DNA of 64,000 nucleotides from Bacillota bacterium (GTDB lineage Bacteria > Bacillota > Clostridia > Saccharofermentanales > DTU023), in NCBI GenBank assembly GCA_023426575.1, contig JAFAAL010000012.1, forward strand, positions 68,270-132,269, read 5' to 3'. The notes beneath the pieces were generated by a model. That model did no database searches. It saw only the letters and a list, made by a program, of their open reading frames with translations, and was not told the origin of the DNA. The translations under genes were made by a program, and so were the position numbers. The number at the start of each line of letters is the position of its first letter. Positions within the stretch are counted from its first letter, which is position 1. This document shows, in pieces, positions 26,891 through 36,141 of this stretch.

Positions 26891-27553
26891 TTATGGTCTG
26901 ATGTAAATGACCTTTTCCATGCCTGGCATCTCACTAAAGTGCGAGATGAGTTCACTGTCGATCAACTGGTCACACTCCAAGCTCAAGAGCGCTGTATCTC
27001 CCCTGTGCTTGCGGGATAATTCCATGTGGGAAATGTTGAGATTGCCCTGAGCCAGTTGAGAACTGACTTCTGCGACGACACCTGCTCGATCGTGGTGGAA
27101 AAGCAGTAGAGTCCTCTTATCCCCAGAGACATTGACTTGGAAGCCGTTGATCTCGCGAATGGCCACGCTGCCCCCGCCAATAGATGCACCGACAAGCTCG
27201 ACAGAATCAGCTGTTCCACTGAGGCGTATCCTCGCCGTATTGGGCTCGACGACCTCCTCGTCGTCGGGTCGAATGATCAGTTCAACACCTTGCTTTTCTG
27301 CTTCGAGGAAGGCATCTGGAATGCGCTCATCAAAGGTTGAGAAGCCGAGGATGCCTGCCACGACAGCCAAATCTGTCCCGTGGCCACGATAAGTGTGGGC
27401 AAAAGAGCCATAGAAGATGATCTCCGCGCGTTCTGGCGTCCCTCCATAGAGAGAGCGAGCGACTTGACCAATGCGGACAGCACCGGCTGTATGACTGGAT
27501 GAAGGACCCACCATGATGGGGCCAATGATGTCAAAAATAGAGCTATAACTCAT
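26891..27553 (-). CDS. sdaAB: L-serine dehydratase, beta subunit (with ACT domain)
   Basis: 220 aa with IIGPIMVGPSSSHTAGAVRIG and a C-terminal ACT-like segment. Confidence 0.92.
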   Translation of the reverse strand: MSYSSIFDIIGPIMVGPSSSHTAGAVRIGQVARSLYGGTPERAEIIFYGSFAHTYRGHGTDLAVVAGILGFSTFDERIPDAFLEAEKQGVELIIRPDDEEVVEPNTARIRLSGTADSVELVGASIGGGSVAIREINGFQVNVSGDKRTLLLFHHDRAGVVAEVSSQLAQGNLNISHMELSRKHRGDTALLSLECDQLIDSELISHFSEMPGMEKVIYIRP

Positions 27554-28347
27554 TCTTCTCCCTCCGGGCTCTCTTGGAGATGAGCCCGACTCATCAACTC
27601 GAAGCGTCTCAGGCTCTCGAGCTGTTCACGAACGCTGTATCTCTTATCGAGAAGCTCTTGACAGAGTTTCTCAAGAAAAACTGTCAGCATTTTAATCGTC
27701 TCCTGACGAAAGTTCAATCGGAAAATATCAGAGAGGGCAGCCTGGCAGATCGTCTGTATCAGCCTCATCTCCTCTCGGCTGAGTTCCATCGTCTGGCGTA
27801 GATGGGGCGTTTCCAATCTGTGATTTGGACAGATGAGGCCCTGCCTTTGAAAATCAAAATTTCCCCCCCCTTCGAGGGCTGCGTGACAGAGCAAGCAATC
27901 TTCGAGCCAAGGGGCGAAGCCAAGTTCTGCGAGAAACCTCAGAGCTGCAGTGACAAATTGCTTTTCTGGCTCTCCCTGCTCCGAGAGGGCATAAAAGGCA
28001 TAGGCCAGAAGTTCATAGAGCGCAGTGTCCTGGAGTCCCTCACGAACCTGGTCTAGATACATCGTCGCCAATTCGGCGGCAGCCACCTGCCGCTCAAGAT
28101 CCTGACTGATGCCTGGAAAGTCGTAGACAATTTGGCCTCCCGTCAGATAGCCCCGCCCCCCTGAGAGGCGATACTCTAGATCGGCGAGGATGTAGACTTG
28201 GTTGAATGCGCTGAGCTGACCCTTCCTGCTCAGGCGAGAGCCGAGAGTTAGGCGGCCAGACTCTCGACTATAGACGTCGATCAGGCAGGCCTGCTCACCA
28301 TAGCGCACCCGCCTCAAAACAAAAGCGCGGCACTGCTGCTGGGACAT
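27550..28347 (-). CDS. recO: DNA repair protein RecO
   Basis: 265 aa with an OB-fold N-terminus and a zinc-type CLLCH...CPNH motif; era-recO order. Confidence 0.9.
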   Translation of the reverse strand: MSQQQCRAFVLRRVRYGEQACLIDVYSRESGRLTLGSRLSRKGQLSAFNQVYILADLEYRLSGGRGYLTGGQIVYDFPGISQDLERQVAAAELATMYLDQVREGLQDTALYELLAYAFYALSEQGEPEKQFVTAALRFLAELGFAPWLEDCLLCHAALEGGGNFDFQRQGLICPNHRLETPHLRQTMELSREEMRLIQTICQAALSDIFRLNFRQETIKMLTVFLEKLCQELLDKRYSVREQLESLRRFELMSRAHLQESPEGEE

Positions 28348-29252
28348 CAGTTGAGATCTTTCGCATCATAGCCAAATTGAACGAGGTCGAGATCGGAATC
28401 TCGCCAGGCCTTCTTGGCTCGCACTTCGATGAAGAGCTCGACGGCTTGCTCGAGAAGTCTCGTCAATCTCTCCCGAGAACGCACGCCAATCTGCTTGATC
28501 TTCTGGCCGCCCGCACCGAGAATCATCCCCCGATGACGCTCCTCCTCGCAGTAGATCGTCGCCTCAATATGGAGCCCATCTGCGCTCTCCTTAAAAGTCT
28601 CAATCACTACGGCAGTACCATAGGGCAGTTCTTCTTGCAGTTCAAACAAGAGAGCCTCGCGGATGGCTTCACGGGCGAGCACGCGCTCTGACTGATCTGT
28701 CCAGTCTGCCTCAGTAAAGAGAGGCTCGCGCCCTGGCAAGAGCTCGTAAATTTCATTGAGGACGATCTCGACGCCCTCCCCTGTCCTGGCTGCCATTGGG
28801 ATGATTGCAGCAAAGTCATAGGCCTGACGGTAGAGATCGATAAGGGGCAGGACTTGGCTTTTTGGGGAGCGGTCAATCTTATTGATGAGGAGCAGGCAAG
28901 GCTTGTTCTCAGCACGAAGGCGACGGAGGAGCTCGAGCTCCGTCTTTCTGAGCTCTGCACGCCAACTGGCCTCGATGATCAAAAGACAGAGGTCGGCCAT
29001 GCCAATGGCAACAGATGCCGACTTCATCATATAGCGATCGAGGAGATTTCTAGGCTGGTGAATGCCAGGGGTATCGAGGAAGGCGATTTGCATCCGCTCA
29101 TTTTGATAGACACCGCGTATCATGTTTCGTGTAGTCTGAGCCTTGGGAGTTGTGATAGCCAAGTCAAAGTCTAGAATGTGGTTCATCAAGGTCGATTTGC
29201 CGACATTAGGCCGTCCGATGATGGCGACGAAACCCGAGCGAAATTCTCTCAT
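28347..29252 (-). CDS. era: GTPase Era
   Basis: 301 aa with GRPNVGKST, DTPG, NKID and a C-terminal KH domain. Confidence 0.97.
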   Translation of the reverse strand: MREFRSGFVAIIGRPNVGKSTLMNHILDFDLAITTPKAQTTRNMIRGVYQNERMQIAFLDTPGIHQPRNLLDRYMMKSASVAIGMADLCLLIIEASWRAELRKTELELLRRLRAENKPCLLLINKIDRSPKSQVLPLIDLYRQAYDFAAIIPMAARTGEGVEIVLNEIYELLPGREPLFTEADWTDQSERVLAREAIREALLFELQEELPYGTAVVIETFKESADGLHIEATIYCEEERHRGMILGAGGQKIKQIGVRSRERLTRLLEQAVELFIEVRAKKAWRDSDLDLVQFGYDAKDLN

Positions 29253-29782
29253 GAGTTCTCTCCTCTCTCGAGCTTTAAGCGGGCCATCACTGCCCGCTGG
29301 ATCTCCCGCATGACCGTCTCCTCTGACGCACTCTGGTGATCATAGCCCAAGAGGTGCAATAAGCCGTGGACAAAGAGAAAGCAGATCTCTCGGGACATGG
29401 AATGTCCATAGGCTTCAGCCTGGCGCGCGGCACGGGGAATCGAGATGACGATGGCCCCGAGGGGGAGTATTGGAAAGTCACTATCGAGTTCTGTGAGATG
29501 GAAGTCACAAAGCTCTTCTTCTAGCTCCCCCTCCAGCATCTTGAGCAGTGGGAACGAGAGGACATCCGTCGACTCATCGATATTTCGCTCTCTCCGGTTA
29601 ATGTCCTGCATCATGGCGTCGTCAAGCAAAGTGAGTTCCACTTCAGCAATGATTTCCTCTCTTTGGAGGACTGCGGCAAATGCCTGAACCTGCGCCAGAG
29701 TTTGAACAGCAGCACGAGAAAGGAGATCTCTGTTCTCTTCTGAGATCAATTCGTCACCAGAGATCAGGACACGAATCGCCAT
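29249..29782 (-). CDS. ybeY: Endoribonuclease YbeY
   Basis: 177 aa with the zinc motif HGLLHLLGYDH. Confidence 0.93.
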   Translation of the reverse strand: MAIRVLISGDELISEENRDLLSRAAVQTLAQVQAFAAVLQREEIIAEVELTLLDDAMMQDINRRERNIDESTDVLSFPLLKMLEGELEEELCDFHLTELDSDFPILPLGAIVISIPRAARQAEAYGHSMSREICFLFVHGLLHLLGYDHQSASEETVMREIQRAVMARLKLERGENS

Positions 29783-31894
29783 CTACTTCTCCTCCGCTGC
29801 GCTGGGATATTTGACGCGCTCATGGAAATGGCCGTTATAGACCTGGAGAAATGATTCGAGAATCTCCTCCATCTCAGCAAAGGAGAGGCCAGATTTGACA
29901 AACTGGTTCTGGTCGACCTTGATTCTAAAAATTTCACGCATCAAGTTCTCGGCATCCTCGAGATTGTCGACGCCAGCACTCTTCATTGCAGCTTCCGTCG
30001 AGTCAGCGAGCATGACGACCGCAGACTCCCTTGACGACGGCAAGGGCGTCTTGTAGCACCAGTCCTCACGTTTCGGTTCTGGCAGACCCTGCTCCAGAGC
30101 CTCTTCTTTGGCCTTGTGGAAAAAGTATTGCAGAAGTGTCGTCCCATGGTGCTCTAACATGATATTGAGCACAGGAATCGGCAAGCGATATTTTCGTGAC
30201 ATCTCAATCCCAGCCTGCGGGTGTCGGGTGATGATCTCATAGCTTTCGCGTGCGGAGATCTGGTCATGCGGATTGAGATTGACCTGATTCTCAGTGAAAT
30301 AAAGTGGGTTTTCCAGCTTTCCAACGTCGTGATAATAAGCTGCTACGCGACAGAGGAGGGCATTGGCCCCGATGGCCTCGGCACCCGCGTCTGCTAAGTT
30401 GGCAACCATCATCGAGTGTTGAGAAGTTCCAGGCGCCTCAAGGAAGAGCCGTTTTAAGAGGGGGTGCCCTGGCTGCGAGAGATCAATGAGGCGCAGTGGT
30501 GAAACAGCGTTGAAGAGATATTCAAAAAGGGGCATCAGACCAATCGCCGCAACGACCGAGACCAGTGCGGAGATCGTCGTCACCGCCAGGGAGAGGTAGA
30601 TTGTCTGCAAACTCTCCCGATTGAGGAGGGAGAAGCCAATCGTGCTAAAGATATTGGTCAAGACCGTGCCGAGAATCAACTTGGCAAAGCTGTCCTGCCT
30701 TGTGACCCCACGCGTCAGTGCTGCAGCCACGATCAGTCCGCAGGCCGCAATGACAAAAAACTTGGCATTAAAAGCCGTCAGCGGCAAGACCAGTAAGAGG
30801 ACAGCCGAACTCATGACGAGAGAGAGCTCGAAGCCAAAATAGGCTGCCAAGACAACGCTGCTAAAATAGATAGGCGGAGCGAGGTTATAAAATTTGCCGA
30901 TATAGGCCGAGGTCAGAAACGGCAGATAGAGGGCGAGGAAGAGGACGAGGTACATCCTTGGCGAAGTTCCCGCGAGGCCGCGTCTCGCCAAGAGATAGAA
31001 GAGTGAAATCAGGACGATGGTAAAGACATAAATAGCCTCTCCCGCAAACTGACGCCAGTCAATGGCACCCTGCGAGGTCAAGTTCAATTCTTCGAGAAGC
31101 CTCAGCTTATCTGGTGTGACGATATCGCCTTGAGAGATGATACGCGTCCCCCGATTGATGAGGATGGGGTTGGCCATGACGGCCTCATAGGCATCCTGCT
31201 TCGCATTTTCTGTCGCATCATGATTGAATTTGACATTGGGTTCCAAAAATAAGCGCAAGAGCGCCTGAATCTCGTCAATGTCATCACGGTAAAAAGACTC
31301 TTTTTCGTCTAGGAGGCCGATTTGCTTATTGATGGCCTCTTGCAACTTCCTGGCATCGAGCGACTCTTGCATGATGACCTGCGCCGAGTCGAGGAGATTG
31401 TTGCTGAAGGCGCGGAAATGATCGTCGTCCTGGCCTAAAATCCGCTGCACCCGCGCCGTCTCAAAAGGCAGATCAAAATATTGCGACAGCGTGGAAATCA
31501 GTTCTGCCGTCGCCCGATTGAGGTCAGAGGGGCTGAGCTTGGACTTCTTCTCCTTAGGCTCCGATTTATAGATCTCTTGCCGCTTCTCATTGACGATATC
31601 GATAAAACTCTTGACCCGATTGATCGCGGCGCTCGAGATACTCTCTGAGACATAGACCTTGTTTGCGACTTGAGCCCGCGCCTCTTGAGCCCGCTTTTCA
31701 GTGGCCTCGGCATCAATCACCGATCGCGGTGCCTCAATGTCATAGGGCGAGACATCGTTGAGCTTTAAATCATAGCTGCGCGGCAGAGAACCGTAGTGCA
31801 AGGGCAGCAAGAAGAGTAGCCAGACGACGACGAAGCCGAGTACAATCTTCAAAACTTGCTCTTTGTGATAGCGTGGTAGCAACTCGCGGTTCAT
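29783..31894 (-). CDS. pgpH: 7TM-receptor/HD-domain membrane phosphohydrolase (YqfF/PgpH family, cyclic-di-AMP phosphodiesterase type)
   Basis: 703 aa with an N-terminal signal anchor, an extracellular domain, a 7-TM block and an HD domain (AAYYHDVGK); lies between phoH and ybeY. Confidence 0.82.
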   Translation of the reverse strand: MNRELLPRYHKEQVLKIVLGFVVVWLLFLLPLHYGSLPRSYDLKLNDVSPYDIEAPRSVIDAEATEKRAQEARAQVANKVYVSESISSAAINRVKSFIDIVNEKRQEIYKSEPKEKKSKLSPSDLNRATAELISTLSQYFDLPFETARVQRILGQDDDHFRAFSNNLLDSAQVIMQESLDARKLQEAINKQIGLLDEKESFYRDDIDEIQALLRLFLEPNVKFNHDATENAKQDAYEAVMANPILINRGTRIISQGDIVTPDKLRLLEELNLTSQGAIDWRQFAGEAIYVFTIVLISLFYLLARRGLAGTSPRMYLVLFLALYLPFLTSAYIGKFYNLAPPIYFSSVVLAAYFGFELSLVMSSAVLLLVLPLTAFNAKFFVIAACGLIVAAALTRGVTRQDSFAKLILGTVLTNIFSTIGFSLLNRESLQTIYLSLAVTTISALVSVVAAIGLMPLFEYLFNAVSPLRLIDLSQPGHPLLKRLFLEAPGTSQHSMMVANLADAGAEAIGANALLCRVAAYYHDVGKLENPLYFTENQVNLNPHDQISARESYEIITRHPQAGIEMSRKYRLPIPVLNIMLEHHGTTLLQYFFHKAKEEALEQGLPEPKREDWCYKTPLPSSRESAVVMLADSTEAAMKSAGVDNLEDAENLMREIFRIKVDQNQFVKSGLSFAEMEEILESFLQVYNGHFHERVKYPSAAEEK

Positions 31895-32847
31895 CAGCCC
31901 TTCACCCTCTTTTCGTAGCGTTCATAAGCGACAATTATCTCCTGGACAAGTGGATTTCTGACCACATCTTCCGCCGTCAAATTGACAAAAGCCACCCCAG
32001 GGATATGTTCCAAAATGCGTCGGCTCTCCCTGAGACCAGATCTCTTATCGCGCGGCAGATCCACTTGGGTCGCGTCGCCCGTAACGATAACCTTGGAGTG
32101 AAAACCCATGCGAGTTAGAAACATCTTCATCTGCTCTGGTGTCGTGTTCTGGGCCTCGTCGAGAATGATATAGGCATCGTCGAGGGTGCGTCCGCGCATA
32201 TAGGCCAGTGGCGAGATCTCAATGGTGCCCCGCTCTTGCAGTCGGAAATACTGCTCAGGACCTAAAAAATCGCGCAGCGAATCGTGTAGCGGGCGCATAT
32301 AGGGATCGAGTTTCGCCTGGAGATCACCCGGCAAGAATCCGAGCTTCTCTCCGGCCTCAACAGCAGGTCTCGTCAAAATGATGCGACTGATCTCCTGAGC
32401 CTTGAGAGCCTTGACGGCCATGGCAACCGCAAGATAGGTCTTGCCAGTTCCAGCGGGCCCGATGGCAAAGGTGATCTCATGCTTTTGCATGGCATCGAGA
32501 TAACGCTTCTGCCCCTTCGTCTTCGAATAGACGGGACGCCCCTTGGCTGTCACCGCGACAAAGTCAGGTTGAAAACCGGCCTCTTCCCCACTCGAGGCGA
32601 GCTTTAGGAGGTATTGGAGACGCTGGATGTCGACCTCTTCTCCTCGGTGAGCTGCCTCGCGCAATTGGTTATAAATGGCCTGAGCCTGTTCCACGCCGAG
32701 CTCATCACCCGTAAGCAAGAGTCCTCTGTCCGTGATCTCTGTGCGCGTTTTAAATTTTGAGTCGATAAGACGCGCCTGCTCACTCATCGAGCCGATGAGA
32801 AAGAGGGCCTCTTGAGGGCTGTCTAAAATAATCTCTCTACTAATCAT
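31894..32847 (-). CDS. phoH: PhoH-like ATPase (YbeZ)
   Basis: Walker A GPAGTGKTYLAVA. The start is set at ATG 32847 (MISREIILDSPQEALFLIG). The longer ORF would overlap the rluD 3' end. Confidence 0.9.
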   Translation of the reverse strand: MISREIILDSPQEALFLIGSMSEQARLIDSKFKTRTEITDRGLLLTGDELGVEQAQAIYNQLREAAHRGEEVDIQRLQYLLKLASSGEEAGFQPDFVAVTAKGRPVYSKTKGQKRYLDAMQKHEITFAIGPAGTGKTYLAVAMAVKALKAQEISRIILTRPAVEAGEKLGFLPGDLQAKLDPYMRPLHDSLRDFLGPEQYFRLQERGTIEISPLAYMRGRTLDDAYIILDEAQNTTPEQMKMFLTRMGFHSKVIVTGDATQVDLPRDKRSGLRESRRILEHIPGVAFVNLTAEDVVRNPLVQEIIVAYERYEKRVKG

Positions 32848-32854
32848 TAGCGCT

Positions 32855-32863
32855 ATTATAGCA
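32855..32863 (-). promoter_or_regulatory. Extended -10 element (TGcTATAAT) upstream of phoH
   Basis: Minus-strand TGCTATAAT lies 7 nt before ATG 32847 and overlaps the rluD stop codon. There is no SD in between. Confidence 0.35.
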
Positions 32864-33826
32864 TTAGAAGGGTGATTTGGCCTCAGGAGATAAATCGAGG
32901 CAGCTCTCGGGCCAGAGGGATGAGAGCAAGTCCGACCAATCATCTGGGAGCGGGCAGATGAAGAGCTTCTCCTCCCCGCTCAAGAGTCGCAAGCCAAGCA
33001 CCTGGGCATGGAGGGCGAGAAAAGGCGAAGCATCCTCTCGACCATAGATCGGATCTCCGAGAAGAGGGCAGCCGATCTCCTTTAAGTGGACACGAATTTG
33101 ATGCGTCCGGCCTGTGACGAGGCCCAGGCGCAAGAGGGAAAAAGAGCCCGTCGTGGCCAGAATCTGAAAATTGCTCACCGCTTCACGGCCCTCGGGTGAA
33201 CAATAAAATGTCTGACGTCGCCTGGGATGTCTCGCCAGCGGATAGCGAATTTGGCCGCGCGGACTCGAGGGTGTCCCATGGCAGATGCCGAGATATTCAC
33301 GGCGGACTGAACGGGCCATAAACTGACCTTTCAAATCTTGGTAGGCACGCTCTGTCTTGGCCAAGACGAGAGCCCCTGTCGTCGCCTGATCCAAGCGATG
33401 AACGAGTCCCTCTCTCCCCTTTTCCCCAGCGGACACAGTTCTGTTCAGGTAGATTTTCAGCCAATTGACAAGCGTCCTAGGATCCTGGTGGACGCCATCT
33501 TGCACGACGAGATCTCGCCCCTTACTGACGACCAGGATGTCTTGGTCCTCATAGAGGACATGGACTGGGAAATCATCCAGTCCAAGCTCCGAAGTCTCGA
33601 GATCGAAGGGGGGCTCCTCCACGGGAAGGAGATCTGTGTCGATTAGGAGGCTTTGGCCTGGTCTCACAAGGCTTGACGGCTTCAGGCTCTGAGGTGAGAG
33701 GACGAGGCCTGCCCCCAAGCAGCGCGAGAGCTCTGTACGGCTGAGTCCCAGGGACTGCGCTAGGTACTTGTCCAGACGCTGTTGTCCTCTACTCTCCTCG
33801 ACGATGAGTTCACGCTCACTTGGCAT
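32864..33826 (-). CDS. rluD: RluD-type 23S rRNA pseudouridine synthase (RluA family with S4 domain)
   Basis: 320 aa with an N-terminal S4-like domain, HRLDQATTGALVLAKT and GRTHQIRVH. Confidence 0.88.
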   Translation of the reverse strand: MPSERELIVEESRGQQRLDKYLAQSLGLSRTELSRCLGAGLVLSPQSLKPSSLVRPGQSLLIDTDLLPVEEPPFDLETSELGLDDFPVHVLYEDQDILVVSKGRDLVVQDGVHQDPRTLVNWLKIYLNRTVSAGEKGREGLVHRLDQATTGALVLAKTERAYQDLKGQFMARSVRREYLGICHGTPSSPRGQIRYPLARHPRRRQTFYCSPEGREAVSNFQILATTGSFSLLRLGLVTGRTHQIRVHLKEIGCPLLGDPIYGREDASPFLALHAQVLGLRLLSGEEKLFICPLPDDWSDLLSSLWPESCLDLSPEAKSPF

Positions 33827-34310
33827 CTTGATCCTCCGTGAACAGACTTTCTAAGTCATGCAGCTCCTGCCGTCGGAAGAGGAGCAAGTAGATGAGAAAA
33901 GCAGCCGAGAGACAGATGGCGCTGTCTGCAATATTAAAATTGGGAAAATGGTAGCTGCCAAATTGAAAGGCGAGAAAATCAACCACCTCGCCGAAGAAGA
34001 GCCGGTCGATGAGATTTCCGACCGCCCCTGCGAGGAGGACGGCGAGGGTATAGCGCAGCATCTTGCCCTTTACCTTTAACATCAAGTAGAGGACAAAGAC
34101 AGCTGCGATCAGGGAAATAGCTGTGAGCACATAGATGCCCCAGCTGTGCTCGCTGAGGAAGCCCCAGGCGGCCCCTTTATTCCTCGCCTGCTGTAGCTTG
34201 AAAAAGGAAGGGATGATCTCAATTTCTCGACCATTGGCAAGATAGCGTCGTGTCAGCCATTTGCTCAGCTGATCTAAGGCGACGAGGATTGCGAAGATGA
34301 TTTGGGCCAT
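33816..34310 (-). CDS. lspA: Lipoprotein signal peptidase (signal peptidase II)
   Basis: 164 aa, 4 TM, with ARNKGAAWGF and FPNFNIADSAI. Confidence 0.93.
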   Translation of the reverse strand: MAQIIFAILVALDQLSKWLTRRYLANGREIEIIPSFFKLQQARNKGAAWGFLSEHSWGIYVLTAISLIAAVFVLYLMLKVKGKMLRYTLAVLLAGAVGNLIDRLFFGEVVDFLAFQFGSYHFPNFNIADSAICLSAAFLIYLLLFRRQELHDLESLFTEDQDAK

Positions 34311-36067
34311 ACATGGATCTCCTTGAGGTGGTAATAAGGATCATTCGGCAGAGGGGTAAAGTATTCTAGGACCCGCGGACCGAGGAGCATTCCCTCGGTG
34401 ACATAGCCGAGGCCGTAAAACTTCACGGAAGTCAGGAGCTCAAAATAATCTTGGGCTATTCGCTCCAGAATGTCGTGTCTAAATGCAGTCTGCTCGAGGA
34501 TACTCAGTCTTTGGCGCTGAAAGTCTGCCAGTGTCCGCAGTTGTTCTTCCCGCGCCGCCATCGCCTCGGAGAAGTCGCTGCGATAATAGGCAAGCTCAGT
34601 GTAGAAGCTGGCGGGTTCAAAAGGATAGTCTAAATCTAAGACCAGGTATGCCAGATCATAGTCACCCCCTTTGACAACTCCGCTGAAATCAGGTTCATCA
34701 TAGTAAGTGATCGCAAGGTCTATGTTCAACTCGAAGAAGAGATCCCTGATCCAGCGGCAGTGGTCTCTGACCAGAGGACGATTCGGCGCGACCATACGCA
34801 GGCTGGTCAATTCATCTAAGTGAAAGTTGGGGCCATTTTGCGCCTTGAGGCTGAGTTTTCGAACATAGGGCCAGAGCTCACTATTCGCCCGCAGTGGGAA
34901 GGGGCTGGGCTCGAGGCCACTGATCCTCCCCGCGTATTCTGGATGCTTGAGCCAAAGCCTAAAGAAGGCATCCCGTACCTCCAAATTTTGAAAGAGGCTA
35001 CTTGCGTCATTGCCAGGGAGGAGCAAGTGATAACTCGTCCCCACTGTCGGGATGTTCCTGAGGTCTCGGCGAGAACTAAAATTGTGAAAGGCCAGAGCTT
35101 CGAGATAGACGATGTCGACTTGATCGTCACTTAAGGCTCGCAAGATTTTCTCTTCAGAGCTATAAGTGCGCACCTCAATGGATTGTAGATGGGTCGACTG
35201 ATCACGCGATGTCAGTTCGAGGCTGCCATCTGCGTGACGCTGAGAAATGGCAAAAGAACCCGTCGGAGGAAAAGTCTCAAGCCCCTTCTCGAGGTCGGCT
35301 GCGGGCAAGATCGGAAAATCAAGGCGATAAATCATCTCGGGCACATAGCGGACAAAGTGCAGCCGTAGGGTCAAGGTATCGAGAATCTCGACAGATTCCA
35401 GCGCTCTCAGTGCTTCGAGCCCCAAAAGATCCGTCTCCGGATAAAGCTGGCCTGGAAGTCTAAAATCAGCACTGCCAAGATCCGCCTCTGGCTCTTGAAT
35501 CTCTCCCCCAGCATCTGAGTCCACCTCGGCACCCCCAGCCAATTCATCCAGAACCTCTTGCCCTGACTTGGTCGCTGGCCGCACGACCTCGACCTCAGCG
35601 AAGTCACGTTCATCATCCGCCGCCTGCAATTGCATGCGGCGATAATAGACTAGGGAGGCCGCACAATCTTCCGCCGTGATGCGCCGGCCATCGGCGTAAG
35701 ATAAATCCTTGCGCAGACCTATGGTCAGTTGCTTCCCATCCTCGCTAAATGCCGCAGACTCTGCGAGATCTGCCGCCAAGTGCTCGTTGCTGTCGAGGAA
35801 GAAGAGCCCACGATAGACCAGACGTATAATCGCAGTATTGGCTCGCCTCGTCTGCTCGAGAGGGTGCCAGCTCTTTGTATCCAATGCGGCGAGCCTGACC
35901 CTATGACCCAGAGCAGCTCTTTTATCCTCTGGAATCTCGGCGCGAAAAGGAGAGGTCTCAGTCGAGGACTCAGAGAGCTGGGCGCTCTCATATTTGAGAC
36001 GGCAAGAAGGCAGTCCTACTAGGCTCAGGATGAGGACTGACATGAAAATCAGAGAGAACTTTTTCAT
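34274..36067 (-). CDS. Lipoprotein, extracellular solute-binding protein family 5 (peptide/nickel-type), with no adjacent ABC permease or ATPase genes
   Basis: 597 aa. A signal peptide ends in the lipobox-like LVGLPSC. The segment RLVYRGLFFLDSNEHLAADLAES...DGKQLTIGLRKDLSYADGRRITAEDCAASL resembles SBP_bac_5 N-terminal lobes. Confidence 0.72.
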   Translation of the reverse strand: MKKFSLIFMSVLILSLVGLPSCRLKYESAQLSESSTETSPFRAEIPEDKRAALGHRVRLAALDTKSWHPLEQTRRANTAIIRLVYRGLFFLDSNEHLAADLAESAAFSEDGKQLTIGLRKDLSYADGRRITAEDCAASLVYYRRMQLQAADDERDFAEVEVVRPATKSGQEVLDELAGGAEVDSDAGGEIQEPEADLGSADFRLPGQLYPETDLLGLEALRALESVEILDTLTLRLHFVRYVPEMIYRLDFPILPAADLEKGLETFPPTGSFAISQRHADGSLELTSRDQSTHLQSIEVRTYSSEEKILRALSDDQVDIVYLEALAFHNFSSRRDLRNIPTVGTSYHLLLPGNDASSLFQNLEVRDAFFRLWLKHPEYAGRISGLEPSPFPLRANSELWPYVRKLSLKAQNGPNFHLDELTSLRMVAPNRPLVRDHCRWIRDLFFELNIDLAITYYDEPDFSGVVKGGDYDLAYLVLDLDYPFEPASFYTELAYYRSDFSEAMAAREEQLRTLADFQRQRLSILEQTAFRHDILERIAQDYFELLTSVKFYGLGYVTEGMLLGPRVLEYFTPLPNDPYYHLKEIHVWPKSSSQSSSP

Positions 36068-36094
36068 CTCTCAAAGTATAGACAATTTGAGCAC

Positions 36095-36132
36095 AAAAAA
36101 AAGGTGTCAGAATGCTCTGGCAATCTGACACC
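36095..36132 (-). terminator. Intrinsic terminator after rny
   Basis: GGTGTCAGA (36103..36111) pairs with TCTGACACC (36124..36132) around a 12-nt loop, followed on the minus strand by eight T (36095..36102). Confidence 0.8.
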
Positions 36133-36141
36133 CTCTTCATC

